From a virus (taxonomy: Duplodnaviria; Caudoviricetes), in the IMG/VR virus record IMGVR_UViG_3300021426_000066: 64,000 nt of DNA. One strand, 5' to 3'. Numbering within the stretch: the first letter of the stretch is position 1; every line of letters begins with the position of its first letter. The position numbers were made by a program, and so were the translations under genes. The notes under the pieces are model-generated. The model was not told where the DNA came from and made no database searches. It saw only the letters and a list, made by a program, of their open reading frames with translations. Positions 22,263 to 32,693 of this stretch are shown piece after piece.

Positions 22263-22581
22263 TCATGGCATGTGCATCTAATATTAACTTTCTATATGGT
22301 TTATACTCAAAAATCTCTTTTTGAGTTTCATGCAAAGCACTCTCTAACAAGCTGATCATCGAGCATATCTCAACAGGATAGGAGAGAATGCTGTTCAGAC
22401 CATCAATCTCGTGCATAATATGTGAAAAATACTGTTCGTAATTAGCTTGGTCAACATTTGGAAACTGATCCTTAGTGGCAGGATCTTTGTATATAAGTAA
22501 CCAAAATAATTTCTTATGTAATTGATTTTTATATTCATTAAATTGTTCTTCGGTAAAAGAACCATACTTATGTTCAATCAT
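22216..22581 (-). CDS. Hypothetical protein
   Basis: 121 aa, overlapping neighbours. Confidence 0.6.
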   Translation of the reverse strand: MIEHKYGSFTEEQFNEYKNQLHKKLFWLLIYKDPATKDQFPNVDQANYEQYFSHIMHEIDGLNSILSYPVEICSMISLLESALHETQKEIFEYKPYRKLILDAHAMIDKIQCKDGSQSNEH

Positions 22582-23051
22582 GTCGTTAATTCTTCCATAT
22601 TCACATAAGCATTATGGATATATCCTCTGTCAGCTATCATACGCCGTTGCTCTTTTTTCCAAGAGGAGAGAAGATCTTTTAATTCTGCTAAATGTGTACT
22701 TTGGGAGTAGTATTTCTCCTCCTTACTTGCATACACTTGACGAAGGTTTACAAGACTATTAACCTTTGGACTAAGCCATTGAATCCCCATACCCAATGCA
22801 AGTATTTCAATCACAAAATCCTCATCCTCGAAATCTTCTCTTGGATATCGCATTTCATATGTTAACCGCATAATATCATCATCAAAACTTACCGAAGAAA
22901 AAATATTACGAATATAAGTCGGACGAACAGATGCATGAATCCAATTACATAAAAATTCTTGTACTGTATTTTCGTCCAATTCTAAAAAATCAAAAGCTTC
23001 TACTTTCATGTAGAAGCTTTGATATATCATATTATAATCAATAGAGGCCAT
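22578..23051 (-). CDS. Putative head-tail adaptor
   Basis: 157 aa helical protein two genes after capsid gene. Confidence 0.5.
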   Translation of the reverse strand: MASIDYNMIYQSFYMKVEAFDFLELDENTVQEFLCNWIHASVRPTYIRNIFSSVSFDDDIMRLTYEMRYPREDFEDEDFVIEILALGMGIQWLSPKVNSLVNLRQVYASKEEKYYSQSTHLAELKDLLSSWKKEQRRMIADRGYIHNAYVNMEELTT

Positions 23052-23072
23052 TGGTAGTTACCTCCTTGATAT

Positions 23073-23618
23073 TTAATCAGCTATAGAAGACAGCAGATTT
23101 AATTCCGTTCCAAAGAAATCATCAAGTGCTTTAATCTTCTTAACACTATCTAATTGCCCATTCACAATCATTGTTGATGCTATGCTCTTCAGCGAATTTA
23201 CGGCACTCTGAGGTAAAGTTTCCAAAGTCGCAATCATATCATTAACGCTTAAATCAAGAACACCTTTAAGATCGTCAACAGTGTACTGTTCTTCATAAAA
23301 CTTCTTAAGTTGAGGAAATTCATTAACAAAATCCTCATCCTCAATTACAAATAGCGGGCCAAAAATATACTTAGATCTACTACGCACTGAGGCAGCAAGA
23401 TCACGATATTCTACTTCATTTTCGTCACCATAATCTACCCAATTATGAGTGGTATGAGATTTCGGCCCATCATACCACAAATCACCAACCGTTACAGAAC
23501 GACACATAATATAATCATCCTGAGCAAAAGTTCTCTTTTTAGGAATTTCTTTTACTACTTCTTCTTTAACTATATCTGCTACCTTTTTAGGGGTAGACTT
23601 CACTTTACTTGTAGCCAT
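23073..23618 (-). CDS. Hypothetical protein after capsid gene
   Basis: 181 aa with RBS; position as in SPbeta-like head modules. Confidence 0.6.
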   Translation of the reverse strand: MATSKVKSTPKKVADIVKEEVVKEIPKKRTFAQDDYIMCRSVTVGDLWYDGPKSHTTHNWVDYGDENEVEYRDLAASVRSRSKYIFGPLFVIEDEDFVNEFPQLKKFYEEQYTVDDLKGVLDLSVNDMIATLETLPQSAVNSLKSIASTMIVNGQLDSVKKIKALDDFFGTELNLLSSIAD

Positions 23619-23650
23619 AATTAATTACTCCTTTTTCTCCAAAATCATAA

Positions 23651-24787
23651 TTACTGAGTAAGAGTCCACTGACCAAACATTCTCTTAACACGTACAGCCA
23701 TACCCCAAGACATCTGGATTTCATACTTGCCAAGATCGTCATAACGGCCATGCTCCTCGCCCTTCTCTGTGATCTCATCAATCTCAGTTTCGCCATACGT
23801 GAACATGTCAATAAGCTTGTTATCTACACCTTTGGCAAGGAACAGAATCTTGGTATCATCAAACAGTTTGGTGGTCAGAGTACTATCAGCAAAACGCTGT
23901 TCTACCACAATAAGGTCTGTACCCTCATAATCTCCAAGCAGGCCAGTATGAGCAACGGATTCCTTCATAGACGGAGCAATCCAGTTAACATCACCAAGCT
24001 TTGTGAAATTCTTGAGAGCAGTTCTCGTTCCAATAGCAACAACTTCTGCGCCATCATTAGCGGCACTAACATTCTCAATAATAGCGTCAACGGCAGCCTT
24101 GGTAGAAGTACTAAATGCACCAGTTCCAACAAAACCAGTTGTTACAGGAAGCTGAGTGGCAGCAGACATAGCAAGGTTATAAATCTCAACCTGTTGCTTC
24201 ATGGTAAAGGACTTAGCAAGAGTGGAAATAAGCTTATCCCAGTCTTCCTGTCCAGCCATGTATCTATTAAGCTCCATACCGACAGCAGCACCATAACGTG
24301 CCACGGGTACAGCATAAGATTCACCCTTTCCTAAACGCTGAAGGATATAATCATGATGCGAAGTTCCAACCTTGGCAATGCTAAGAATTACGTCCTTTTC
24401 AGGAACCCAGAAAAGGTTATCCTGTCCAAGCGCTCTCGAACGAACGTTCACAAGCTGGTTGAAAATCTCATTCTCACGCATACCATAAGCGATATACTCA
24501 TCAACTGTTTCCTCTACAATCTCGAACCACTCCTGGCTGTGCTTTTTCATTGCACGATGATATTCTCTATCACTAAAACCAGGCTCCAGCTCAAAGATAG
24601 CAAGAGTGATTTCACGAAGCTTCTCATTAGCCATCTGCTTGGAAATCTTATTACCATCCTCATCATAAATATCTCTGTGGAGAGCGAGGTCAAGCATAAG
24701 ATTCTTTGCGCTATCATAATCAAAATCTAACGTAGTAAACACATTGTTTACATGATTGGAAAATACAAGTTTACGATTTCTATTCAT
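23651..24787 (-). CDS. Major capsid protein
   Basis: 378 aa, follows protease and small structural gene, GDYEGTDLI-type motif. Confidence 0.75.
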   Translation of the reverse strand: MNRNRKLVFSNHVNNVFTTLDFDYDSAKNLMLDLALHRDIYDEDGNKISKQMANEKLREITLAIFELEPGFSDREYHRAMKKHSQEWFEIVEETVDEYIAYGMRENEIFNQLVNVRSRALGQDNLFWVPEKDVILSIAKVGTSHHDYILQRLGKGESYAVPVARYGAAVGMELNRYMAGQEDWDKLISTLAKSFTMKQQVEIYNLAMSAATQLPVTTGFVGTGAFSTSTKAAVDAIIENVSAANDGAEVVAIGTRTALKNFTKLGDVNWIAPSMKESVAHTGLLGDYEGTDLIVVEQRFADSTLTTKLFDDTKILFLAKGVDNKLIDMFTYGETEIDEITEKGEEHGRYDDLGKYEIQMSWGMAVRVKRMFGQWTLTQ

Positions 24788-24813
24788 TTTTAGTTACCTC
24801 CTTTCCACTAAAA

Positions 24814-25278
24814 TTAATTTCCAACAACATACTTGCCATTAGCAAATGTGACTGTTTTATTAGCTGCGGGAGTTCCATTAAAACCTAAAGCAGATACTTC
24901 AAAAATATCTCCCTTAATCAGAGAATATGCTTTAACAGTTTTTCCCTGTTCGTTATAGAAGTTTTCTTCTAAAGAGAATTTCTTATTATAGTCTTCTGCA
25001 ATTACAGGTGCATCATAAACAAACAGAGCCTCCGTATCAGCGGTTACTTCAATGTACCAATTTCCATTGGCAGCCTGTTGACGAATAATTCCAGCAAAGG
25101 TATTGGGGGCAGCAGCCTGTGTATACTCATCAAAAGCTACCCAATTACCTCTGCCAACCAGAGTGCAGTTATCAGTGTCTGCCGTCAGACGAATATTGTA
25201 AATATGACCTCCGCCATACGCAGATACGATCTTGCTGGGGAAACCAAAAATATGTTTCGCAATAGTGTACTGAATCAT
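24814..25278 (-). CDS. Putative capsid decoration protein
   Basis: 154 aa between protease and capsid genes. Confidence 0.55.
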   Translation of the reverse strand: MIQYTIAKHIFGFPSKIVSAYGGGHIYNIRLTADTDNCTLVGRGNWVAFDEYTQAAAPNTFAGIIRQQAANGNWYIEVTADTEALFVYDAPVIAEDYNKKFSLEENFYNEQGKTVKAYSLIKGDIFEVSALGFNGTPAANKTVTFANGKYVVGN

Positions 25279-25357
25279 AGCGTTTTCGCTCCTTTCATAA
25301 AAATAAAAAAGAGGCCATAATGCCCCTTTGTTGATATATAAATAATTGTTTATTTAA

Positions 25358-27223
25358 TTACTTCTTAAAAATATTTCCATATCTACTTCTCTTGGGATTA
25401 CCCTTTGCTCCACTAGCCATTAAGCCAACTCTGGAGACTTTCTTTTTACCATTCTTAGCTTCTTCCTCTTTCTTCTCTACTTCTTCAAAGTTGAGATTAC
25501 CACTCTTAGCATAACTTAATAACATCTTATCAAGACTATCTTTAAGCTCTTCAAAAGTCATTTCATTTTTGCCCTCGTTAACTTCATTAACGATAGCAGT
25601 AAACTCTTCCTTTTCAGAAATAGCAGAGTAGTCAGCAGAAGCTACAAGTTCTTTCTTCTGATACTGGGCCAGATCATTAGAAACCTGCTCATAATTGCTC
25701 TTCATAGAATCAAGATTATTAATCTCATCTTGAGTTAAGAACCTAGCAAACACTTCGACCCTGTCACCTTTCAGAGAATAAACATCTTTCTTCACAGAAT
25801 AATTCTGACGATAATGCTTATTATTCCAATAGTCATGCATTACAACATACTTATCATCATCATAAGCATCAACATCGTACCAAGTGTCGTCAGATTCAGA
25901 ATAAGTGTTATTTACAAGATCGCGAAGTGCATTTAGCTTCTCAGTAAGAGATACAGAAAACTGTTTAACAGTACCATCAATAACAACGGAGTATGTTAAC
26001 TCATTATTGCGACGAGTAGCGGATTCATCTCCAGCATCACGTTTAGCTATTGCATCTTTATCAGCGGCAACAGCCTCTTCAGCATCTTCAAGCGCAGAAA
26101 TAGTAGTAGCTTCGACTAATTCTTTCTGAGCGTCAGTTAATCCGTTATAAGCATCTCTAGCTGCCTGAACGGTATATTGATCATTCGCATCAGGGTTTTC
26201 TGGCAAAGCTTCAATCATTGCAGTCACATCATCTGCCGCACCCTGATCTGCATCTTCATCTTCAGTATCATCTAAACCGCCAGCTTCAGGATCGTCAGGA
26301 TCAGAACCGTCATCAGGATCATCAAAAGCTTTCACAAAGGCGGTTTCTAACTCTTCGTCAGATAAGCTCTCATACTCAAATGTAATATCTTCAACAGTTT
26401 TTCCATACTTCTCAAGAAGCTCTTCAAACTTGTTCATGGGCGTTTCCTCCTTTCTGAAAGTATTATTTATATTAAAGCTCTCAAGCGTCTTGTTTAATGC
26501 GTTAAGAGTTTCAATCAATTTATCATTTTGCTCATATGAATCTTTTTCATTAACAGCAAAATCTTCAATTTGTAAATGCGCCCCTTCCATGCCAGGGGTA
26601 CGATCACTACCCAAAAGCGTAATTGCCCCTAATTCAATGTCTTCAAGCAACAGTTCTTTCTTTTTTGCATCATAAGACATTTTATTTACAAACAACTCAG
26701 CAGATACATCTGTGCCACCTCTACGCTCAATAATTTCAGCAGCAGGAGTGTATTCTCTAGGAATGGCACCTTTAGCATAAGCATAATATCTATCTGTTTT
26801 TTCGTCATATCGCATTTCAGGCTTATCAGCCGTAATGCATCCTACCTGCTTTTCAAGATAGATAGGATTTCCATCTTCATCAATTTCCATATCGTGTGCT
26901 GTAAAATCTAACGCTTCTGTACCATCTTCTAAAGTTACAGTCTGATAATTACAAAGAATAGGCTTATACTTAAATCCAGATAAACTTTTTTCCATAGCCT
27001 TCTTCGTCACAGAAGATTTATTTCTATTATTGTTAGTATGAAATGCTTTAATATTTGCAAACAACGTATATTCATCTTCAGACTCAGATACTTCAAATTG
27101 AGCAGGAGTGCTTACATAAAGCTGATAACCAGATTCAGTAGAATCAAATTTTGCAAAGTTCTGCTCGGCACAAAATCTGCACAGATCTTCAACAGTCATT
27201 ATTCGTTGCTTCTTATTAACCAT
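25358..27223 (-). CDS. Prohead protease/scaffold protein
   Basis: N-terminal H...VSAEL...ITLLG...PGMEGA protease-like domain, acidic C-terminus; start moved to ATG 27223 after AAGGAGG. Confidence 0.72.
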   Translation of the reverse strand: MVNKKQRIMTVEDLCRFCAEQNFAKFDSTESGYQLYVSTPAQFEVSESEDEYTLFANIKAFHTNNNRNKSSVTKKAMEKSLSGFKYKPILCNYQTVTLEDGTEALDFTAHDMEIDEDGNPIYLEKQVGCITADKPEMRYDEKTDRYYAYAKGAIPREYTPAAEIIERRGGTDVSAELFVNKMSYDAKKKELLLEDIELGAITLLGSDRTPGMEGAHLQIEDFAVNEKDSYEQNDKLIETLNALNKTLESFNINNTFRKEETPMNKFEELLEKYGKTVEDITFEYESLSDEELETAFVKAFDDPDDGSDPDDPEAGGLDDTEDEDADQGAADDVTAMIEALPENPDANDQYTVQAARDAYNGLTDAQKELVEATTISALEDAEEAVAADKDAIAKRDAGDESATRRNNELTYSVVIDGTVKQFSVSLTEKLNALRDLVNNTYSESDDTWYDVDAYDDDKYVVMHDYWNNKHYRQNYSVKKDVYSLKGDRVEVFARFLTQDEINNLDSMKSNYEQVSNDLAQYQKKELVASADYSAISEKEEFTAIVNEVNEGKNEMTFEELKDSLDKMLLSYAKSGNLNFEEVEKKEEEAKNGKKKVSRVGLMASGAKGNPKRSRYGNIFKK

Positions 27224-27279
27224 ATCAACCTCCTTTCCCCTAAAAATAAAACTCCTCAATAGGAGAGGAGAATAGGTAA

Positions 27280-27456
27280 TTAATCAAAATCCAATTTATT
27301 TGTATATACTGTTTTATCCAAAACTCCAAAAGTCTTGCGTTTGTCATTTATAAATGTGTATCCATTCTCATCATGTTTAACAAGAACAAATCCCATTTTT
27401 ATTAGTGCGTCCGCAGACTCTTGAGATGAAGTAAATATAAATAATTTTTGCTTCAT
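27280..27456 (-). CDS. Small hypothetical protein (58 aa)
   Basis: Not in ORF track: MKQKLFIFTSSQESADALIKMGFVLV...; fills portal-protease gap. Confidence 0.6.
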   Translation of the reverse strand: MKQKLFIFTSSQESADALIKMGFVLVKHDENGYTFINDKRKTFGVLDKTVYTNKLDFD

Positions 27457-27467
27457 AATTATCCCTC

Positions 27468-29033
27468 TTATCCATTAGATTTATCACGAGACTCTGCACT
27501 AGCATCTCCATTATCTGTCGGCTCTGTAGAAGTTGGCCTGCCACCAGTAACAGGATCCGTACCGTCAGTAACAATGCCAGAATTGGTGAAAGAAGAATTA
27601 AGCGGATACACCATAATATCTTGAAGCTTGAGAACCTCGTTTTCCAAGAAGGAAAGTCCAAGAGTATCCAACTCACTAAAACCGTTAAGTGTCATATAAG
27701 CTAACTTAGTCGGTAATGAATACTGTGCGGCCTTAAGCATGTCTTCCTTATACTGCTGTCTTGTGTAAACAGAGACAGGCATAAATTTAACCAAACAAGG
27801 GTTACTGCATAAATACCCAAGTTGTCTATTCACAAATGCTTGCGTCTGAGGAAGAAGAGAAGAAATTGCAAATTCTGTATTTGCCACCTGAGAATATCTA
27901 AATGCCTCTGCGCCAGAAATTGTTTCTCCATTTAGAATCTCTGCGCCACCTGTAGTATTTAACACAGTTTTAGTCGCATTAGATACTTTAGTTGTATCTC
28001 CCGCTGTCTGGTCCTCAAAGCCAATTGAATTTAACTTCCCTGGTACAATAGCGGCACTAATATAATCTGGTAATGCTTCATTAATCATTCTCTGAAAATA
28101 AGCAAGCATCAATTCTGGATTAACTTTCCAGTCATCAACATCTTCACCAATTGTTTCCATCTGAAGCCAGATCATCTTATAAATTTCCTGTTCATCAGCA
28201 ATTGCTTGAATATCTTCCAAATCCGCCAAATTGATTAATGCATTGAATGCCGCCAAGAAAGGTGGAAGGACAGTCTCATAATCTTCGTATCTGTACTTAA
28301 GACAGATGGCATATTCATCTGGTACAGGTTGCCATTTTTGATTTGTTTTTATGTATTCCTTATACATGGCATCAAACGGTTCAGGAATATACTCAATTAA
28401 TTCCTGACGAGAGCGAAGATAAGTCATATCCATACTAATAGCAAAATCTCCAGTCATATATTTCCCATCAATTCTTGCGTAGTTGGCAGGAATTTGCCAA
28501 ATAAACACCCCTGTTTCGTCTATAAGATATATTCCATAAAACACATCTTGAACAAAACAAGTAAGATAAATACTATAAAATTCCTGTTGCAAATGCATTC
28601 TTTCAACCCAATCAAGAGTGTCCTGATAAGATTTAAGAGTTTTTTGAGGATCAGGAATTTTAATCAAATCATACTTCGGTATTATAGACCGAGCATTGAG
28701 ATAAAACATATTTGCATAAAAATGACAAAGCCTCATATAAGTCATAGACCTATAAAAAAGATACCACGAAAGATTACGAAGGTTCTGTTCATTTGCACCA
28801 AGGTTTCGCATATACTGCCTAAGCAACTCTTTATTAAAGACACTAATGCTTTTAGTTTGAGTTTGGTTAATATCTCTTAAACGAACAGCCTCTTTATGAG
28901 CTTCGTCATATTTCGCAAGCTGCGACTCATATTTTTGAATTAACTCTTTCTGTTGAGCCACAGTCAGTTTCTTTCCATTATTGGTTGCCGAAGATGCCGA
29001 GGCTTTCTTCGGAGAAGTGTTTTCTTTCGCCAT
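27468..29033 (-). CDS. Portal protein
   Basis: ~520 aa directly after terminase large subunit. Confidence 0.75.
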   Translation of the reverse strand: MAKENTSPKKASASSATNNGKKLTVAQQKELIQKYESQLAKYDEAHKEAVRLRDINQTQTKSISVFNKELLRQYMRNLGANEQNLRNLSWYLFYRSMTYMRLCHFYANMFYLNARSIIPKYDLIKIPDPQKTLKSYQDTLDWVERMHLQQEFYSIYLTCFVQDVFYGIYLIDETGVFIWQIPANYARIDGKYMTGDFAISMDMTYLRSRQELIEYIPEPFDAMYKEYIKTNQKWQPVPDEYAICLKYRYEDYETVLPPFLAAFNALINLADLEDIQAIADEQEIYKMIWLQMETIGEDVDDWKVNPELMLAYFQRMINEALPDYISAAIVPGKLNSIGFEDQTAGDTTKVSNATKTVLNTTGGAEILNGETISGAEAFRYSQVANTEFAISSLLPQTQAFVNRQLGYLCSNPCLVKFMPVSVYTRQQYKEDMLKAAQYSLPTKLAYMTLNGFSELDTLGLSFLENEVLKLQDIMVYPLNSSFTNSGIVTDGTDPVTGGRPTSTEPTDNGDASAESRDKSNG

Positions 29034-29058
29034 AGACACCTCCTAGTTTCTATTTGTT

Positions 29059-31104
29059 TTATGTCCAACTTGATTCTCTTTTCATTGGCCTAATGATCAA
29101 AGAATCAAGTAATGATTTATTATTAGTGGTGGTACGCTTTTGAGTAAGATGCTTTCTACGCTCTTGCTGAAGAGCATAGGCAAGCAGACAGGCTGTATAG
29201 AATCTATCGTCATGCAATTTTCCTGCCTTTTCTGGTGCAAGATCAAATGAGTCTCTTCCAGAATCTCGCTTCTTACGCACAATATTTACTATTTCTTCTT
29301 TCATGGCATCAATATTAGCCAAAGCTAATTCTTCTTGCCAATCAAGCTTAATGGTTCTTGTAGACACAGACTGAACTTTAGACAACTCTGCTTCAAATTG
29401 TTCTTCAAACTGTTCTTTACTCAATTTTTTCTTTTTGAGTTTTTTCTTGATATCGGCTTTTGCTTTTTCCAATTTTTCTTCATCGACATCAAAAACCGTC
29501 AAATATCCTTTATTGTCATATGGAGCAGTAAAGCTGATCTTATTTTGATTGGTTAACTCAATCAATGCCTCCGCCATCTCTGATTTATACGCAGTCGGAG
29601 ACATCAAATGTAATTTATTAACAGCATTTGGAAATCTCTTTACATACTCAGCAGAATAATCTTTATCAATTAGTCCTCTATGTAGTTTTCCCGATTTATC
29701 TGCCCAGTCTTCCATCAAGAAGTCAGCAATATTAACGCCGCCTCCACCAGATCCTGCATCAATATAAATTCCAATAATATTCCCATACGCATCTAAGCCA
29801 GCATTATATTCAAGAATCAATTCTTTTAAATATTTTATTTGATCTGGAGTCTGCATAGGAGATTTTATCTTTTTGCCTATATCCATAAGATTAACACAAT
29901 TACATATCCGCATTTTTATGTCATCGTCACCATTAACATCCGTATCATGATAAATTTCACCTACGGATATGACACTATTATCTCTGGACCGTGCAGGGTC
30001 ATAAGCAATTACAAACTTTTTGTCACCAGTATCGTTAGATAATAAAGGTCTACGGGTTTCCTCGTTTCTAGTAATTGTTCCTCTACGGATAATAGCATCT
30101 GCACCCAAATCTGTAGTAAAAATACAATAATACTCACGCCTAGCCTTTTCTGGGTTTCTTCGCATCTCAGACTCAACAGTAGACCGAGAAAGAAGAGGAG
30201 CAATTAATTCACCATGTAACGTAGGCTTAAAAGCCTGTTCACAATCTATATGTAAAACAGCGAAATCCCTATTACCCATAATTTGCTGTTTTGAAAAATC
30301 TCTATACAACTTATAAAATTCTGTATCCGTGCTAGATGCAGAAGATATATAAAATTTTTGATATGGAAGATTTGTCGCAAAAGTTCTCTGTCTTACAGGA
30401 TCAATAGATTTTCCAGACGAATCTTTGCCAGTTTTTAAACTCTTATTAGTTACAGCAAAAGCACCATAAACAGCTAACATTTCGCTTGACAGAAAACCAC
30501 ATTCATCAAATATAACAGTCCCACGAGCGCCACGCTTGGCATCTACGTTACTATTTAATGTGACTGTCTGCGAACCATTGTATAAGTTATAAGAAAAACC
30601 ATTTGATGAGTGACTAAAACCGTCACCAGATGCATTCTTAATTTCCACTTCATCTTTAAAAATATATCCAGTTGAGCCACTAAAGGTATCAATATTATCA
30701 TTGGCGAGTTTTTCCAGAGTGGTAAACGTTTGTTCTGCCTGTCCACCCGTACCACTAGCTATATACGTCCATACATTACAAAACGCCATATCCTTAGCCA
30801 TTGTTTCTAAATCAATAACTGTGGATTTCCCATAGGATCTGGTACATACATACAGTACATTAGGACAGAACCACGATCTTTGTACCATTAATGCCTGCCC
30901 ATCTAACAATTCAATATTGAACATAATGTCAATCATCTGGACAGGATTACACTGAAAATATTTTTGCATTTTAGCTATTTCCAATAAACCGTCAATTTTC
31001 CGTTGAGATAAAGGATAATTAATCGGTTTCACAAATACACCGTAGTCTTTATAGAAATCTTTATCATAATCATCAGGAACCCATATATTATTTTGAGTCA
31101 GCAT
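29059..31104 (-). CDS. terL: Terminase large subunit
   Basis: Walker A TRSYGKS, Walker B VIFDE, YISSA motif, nuclease YDPARSRD...DDRFY; start moved to ATG 31104. Confidence 0.9.
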   Translation of the reverse strand: MLTQNNIWVPDDYDKDFYKDYGVFVKPINYPLSQRKIDGLLEIAKMQKYFQCNPVQMIDIMFNIELLDGQALMVQRSWFCPNVLYVCTRSYGKSTVIDLETMAKDMAFCNVWTYIASGTGGQAEQTFTTLEKLANDNIDTFSGSTGYIFKDEVEIKNASGDGFSHSSNGFSYNLYNGSQTVTLNSNVDAKRGARGTVIFDECGFLSSEMLAVYGAFAVTNKSLKTGKDSSGKSIDPVRQRTFATNLPYQKFYISSASSTDTEFYKLYRDFSKQQIMGNRDFAVLHIDCEQAFKPTLHGELIAPLLSRSTVESEMRRNPEKARREYYCIFTTDLGADAIIRRGTITRNEETRRPLLSNDTGDKKFVIAYDPARSRDNSVISVGEIYHDTDVNGDDDIKMRICNCVNLMDIGKKIKSPMQTPDQIKYLKELILEYNAGLDAYGNIIGIYIDAGSGGGGVNIADFLMEDWADKSGKLHRGLIDKDYSAEYVKRFPNAVNKLHLMSPTAYKSEMAEALIELTNQNKISFTAPYDNKGYLTVFDVDEEKLEKAKADIKKKLKKKKLSKEQFEEQFEAELSKVQSVSTRTIKLDWQEELALANIDAMKEEIVNIVRKKRDSGRDSFDLAPEKAGKLHDDRFYTACLLAYALQQERRKHLTQKRTTTNNKSLLDSLIIRPMKRESSWT

Positions 31105-32404
31105 CCTCAGACACCTCCTCATCTTCAGCAGCGGCAAAGATTGAATAAATCTCTTTTAAATTGGTATACTGCTTATCTGGCTGCATATTGTTCTCTTCCA
31201 GATAGTCTTTTAAATCTAAATTTTCCTGAAGTAAAATTCTATTAATTTCTTTATACTGATCTTTTTCGTTGCGAAGATTAACAATGACTTCTCGCATTTC
31301 AGCAACCATATCAGACCATTCTGATTCGTCTAATGCCAATTGCTTCATAATAGATGCATCACTTAATTCTTGAACCTGTTGCATCCCCCGACAAGTCTGA
31401 ATATCAAAGCCATTAACATGTGCAGACCTTAAATTCAAATCTCGTATTTTTTTGATTTTACCAGTCCAAGTGTTCTCACCTTTCTTGGCATTTTTACTAT
31501 TTTTTAAACTGATACAGCTTTCAGCGGCTAAATCTTTTATCTGGGCAACAATTTTAGCCTTACTTTCCTGTAAACTTTTTACCGTAGCAGAATTATTAGC
31601 TGTCTGATTTCTATCCCCAGTAAGTGTTGCAATACTATTATCTATTTTTTGTTGCTGAAGAAAGTTGCGTACTATCGCTATGCAACTAGCAGTCCGCATC
31701 ATATCGTCATTTCCACTTTCATCAGCATCTAATAATCCCAATAACTGCGAGTATAAAAAAGGTTGATCAGAAATAGATTCATCCTCAAACGGATCATAAG
31801 AAAGCAATCTGACCACATCCGCTTTATTCTTGAGAAAATCAGAATAGGTATCCTGATCCTCACGCCCTTTTATTACATCTTCAGCAGTTTTTTCATCTTC
31901 ATATACAATATGCTCTTTAAACATATCTGAATCCCGCCAACCAAGTCCAGTTTGTTGCGGAAGAGCAGAATTTTTAACTAATGAAGTCCATACATTATTT
32001 TTCGTGTTTCCTAATGCTTCATTAGTACTTTCTGCAATACTCGCATCCCACAATTTGTCAGTAAATGCACGGTTCAAATAAAAAAGAGCCTCTTTACATG
32101 ACTCCTTGGTTGGTTCATGTTCTTCATTATTTAAATCGACTCTCATAGCGAGTCGCCTAGCACAATCTTTACAAATTGCAGTATAACCACTTTGCGACCG
32201 AGGATCCGTGTCAATATAAAACCTATCTGCGGGTTTCTTCTTGCCACAAAGATGACACCACAACTTTCCTTTTTCATTTTCTAATTCTTCTTCAAGTTCA
32301 ACAACTCTTGCACGAGCTTCGGCAGCGGTCATTTTATCCACTGTCAAAGGCTGCATTTTTGTTGCCTTTCCTTTAGAACCTTTGGATTTTGCTTTGGTAG
32401 CCAA
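31088..32404 (-). CDS. Zinc-finger protein upstream of terminase (possible small subunit)
   Basis: CHLC...CKDC, overlaps terL start. Confidence 0.55.
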   Translation of the reverse strand: MATKAKSKGSKGKATKMQPLTVDKMTAAEARARVVELEEELENEKGKLWCHLCGKKKPADRFYIDTDPRSQSGYTAICKDCARRLAMRVDLNNEEHEPTKESCKEALFYLNRAFTDKLWDASIAESTNEALGNTKNNVWTSLVKNSALPQQTGLGWRDSDMFKEHIVYEDEKTAEDVIKGREDQDTYSDFLKNKADVVRLLSYDPFEDESISDQPFLYSQLLGLLDADESGNDDMMRTASCIAIVRNFLQQQKIDNSIATLTGDRNQTANNSATVKSLQESKAKIVAQIKDLAAESCISLKNSKNAKKGENTWTGKIKKIRDLNLRSAHVNGFDIQTCRGMQQVQELSDASIMKQLALDESEWSDMVAEMREVIVNLRNEKDQYKEINRILLQENLDLKDYLEENNMQPDKQYTNLKEIYSIFAAAEDEEVSEDADSK

Positions 32405-32445
32405 ATGACCACCTCCTTTTTCCTCTTTATTCCTTCAATCAAGAA

Positions 32446-32518
32446 AGTCTCACATCAGACTCGAACTGATACCGCCAGTTTGGAAGACTGGAGTGCTAAC
32501 CATTAACACCAGTAAGAC
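32446..32518 (-). tRNA. tRNA-Gly(TCC), no encoded CCA
   Basis: Acceptor GTCTTAC/GTGAGAC, anticodon arm CCAGT-CTTCCAA-ACTGG, T arm ATCAG-TTCGAGT-CTGAT, U discriminator. Confidence 0.93.
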
Positions 32519-32520
32519 AT

Positions 32521-32555
32521 AAAATAAGAGCAGTTTTTCAAGCTGCTCTTATTTT
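32521..32555. terminator. Intrinsic terminator-like hairpin
   Basis: AAAATAAGAGCAG / CTGCTCTTATTTT. Confidence 0.65.
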
Positions 32556-32693
32556 CATCAATTGAGCTTTCTGTTTATTAAACTCTCCGCGCTCTACAGA
32601 GAGAAGATTTAAATCGTCCACTAAAGCAGGACCACTCTCTTAAAAGCCCGCTACTTGGTCCGCATTGTTAAGAGGCGTGTAGGGTTCTTATTA

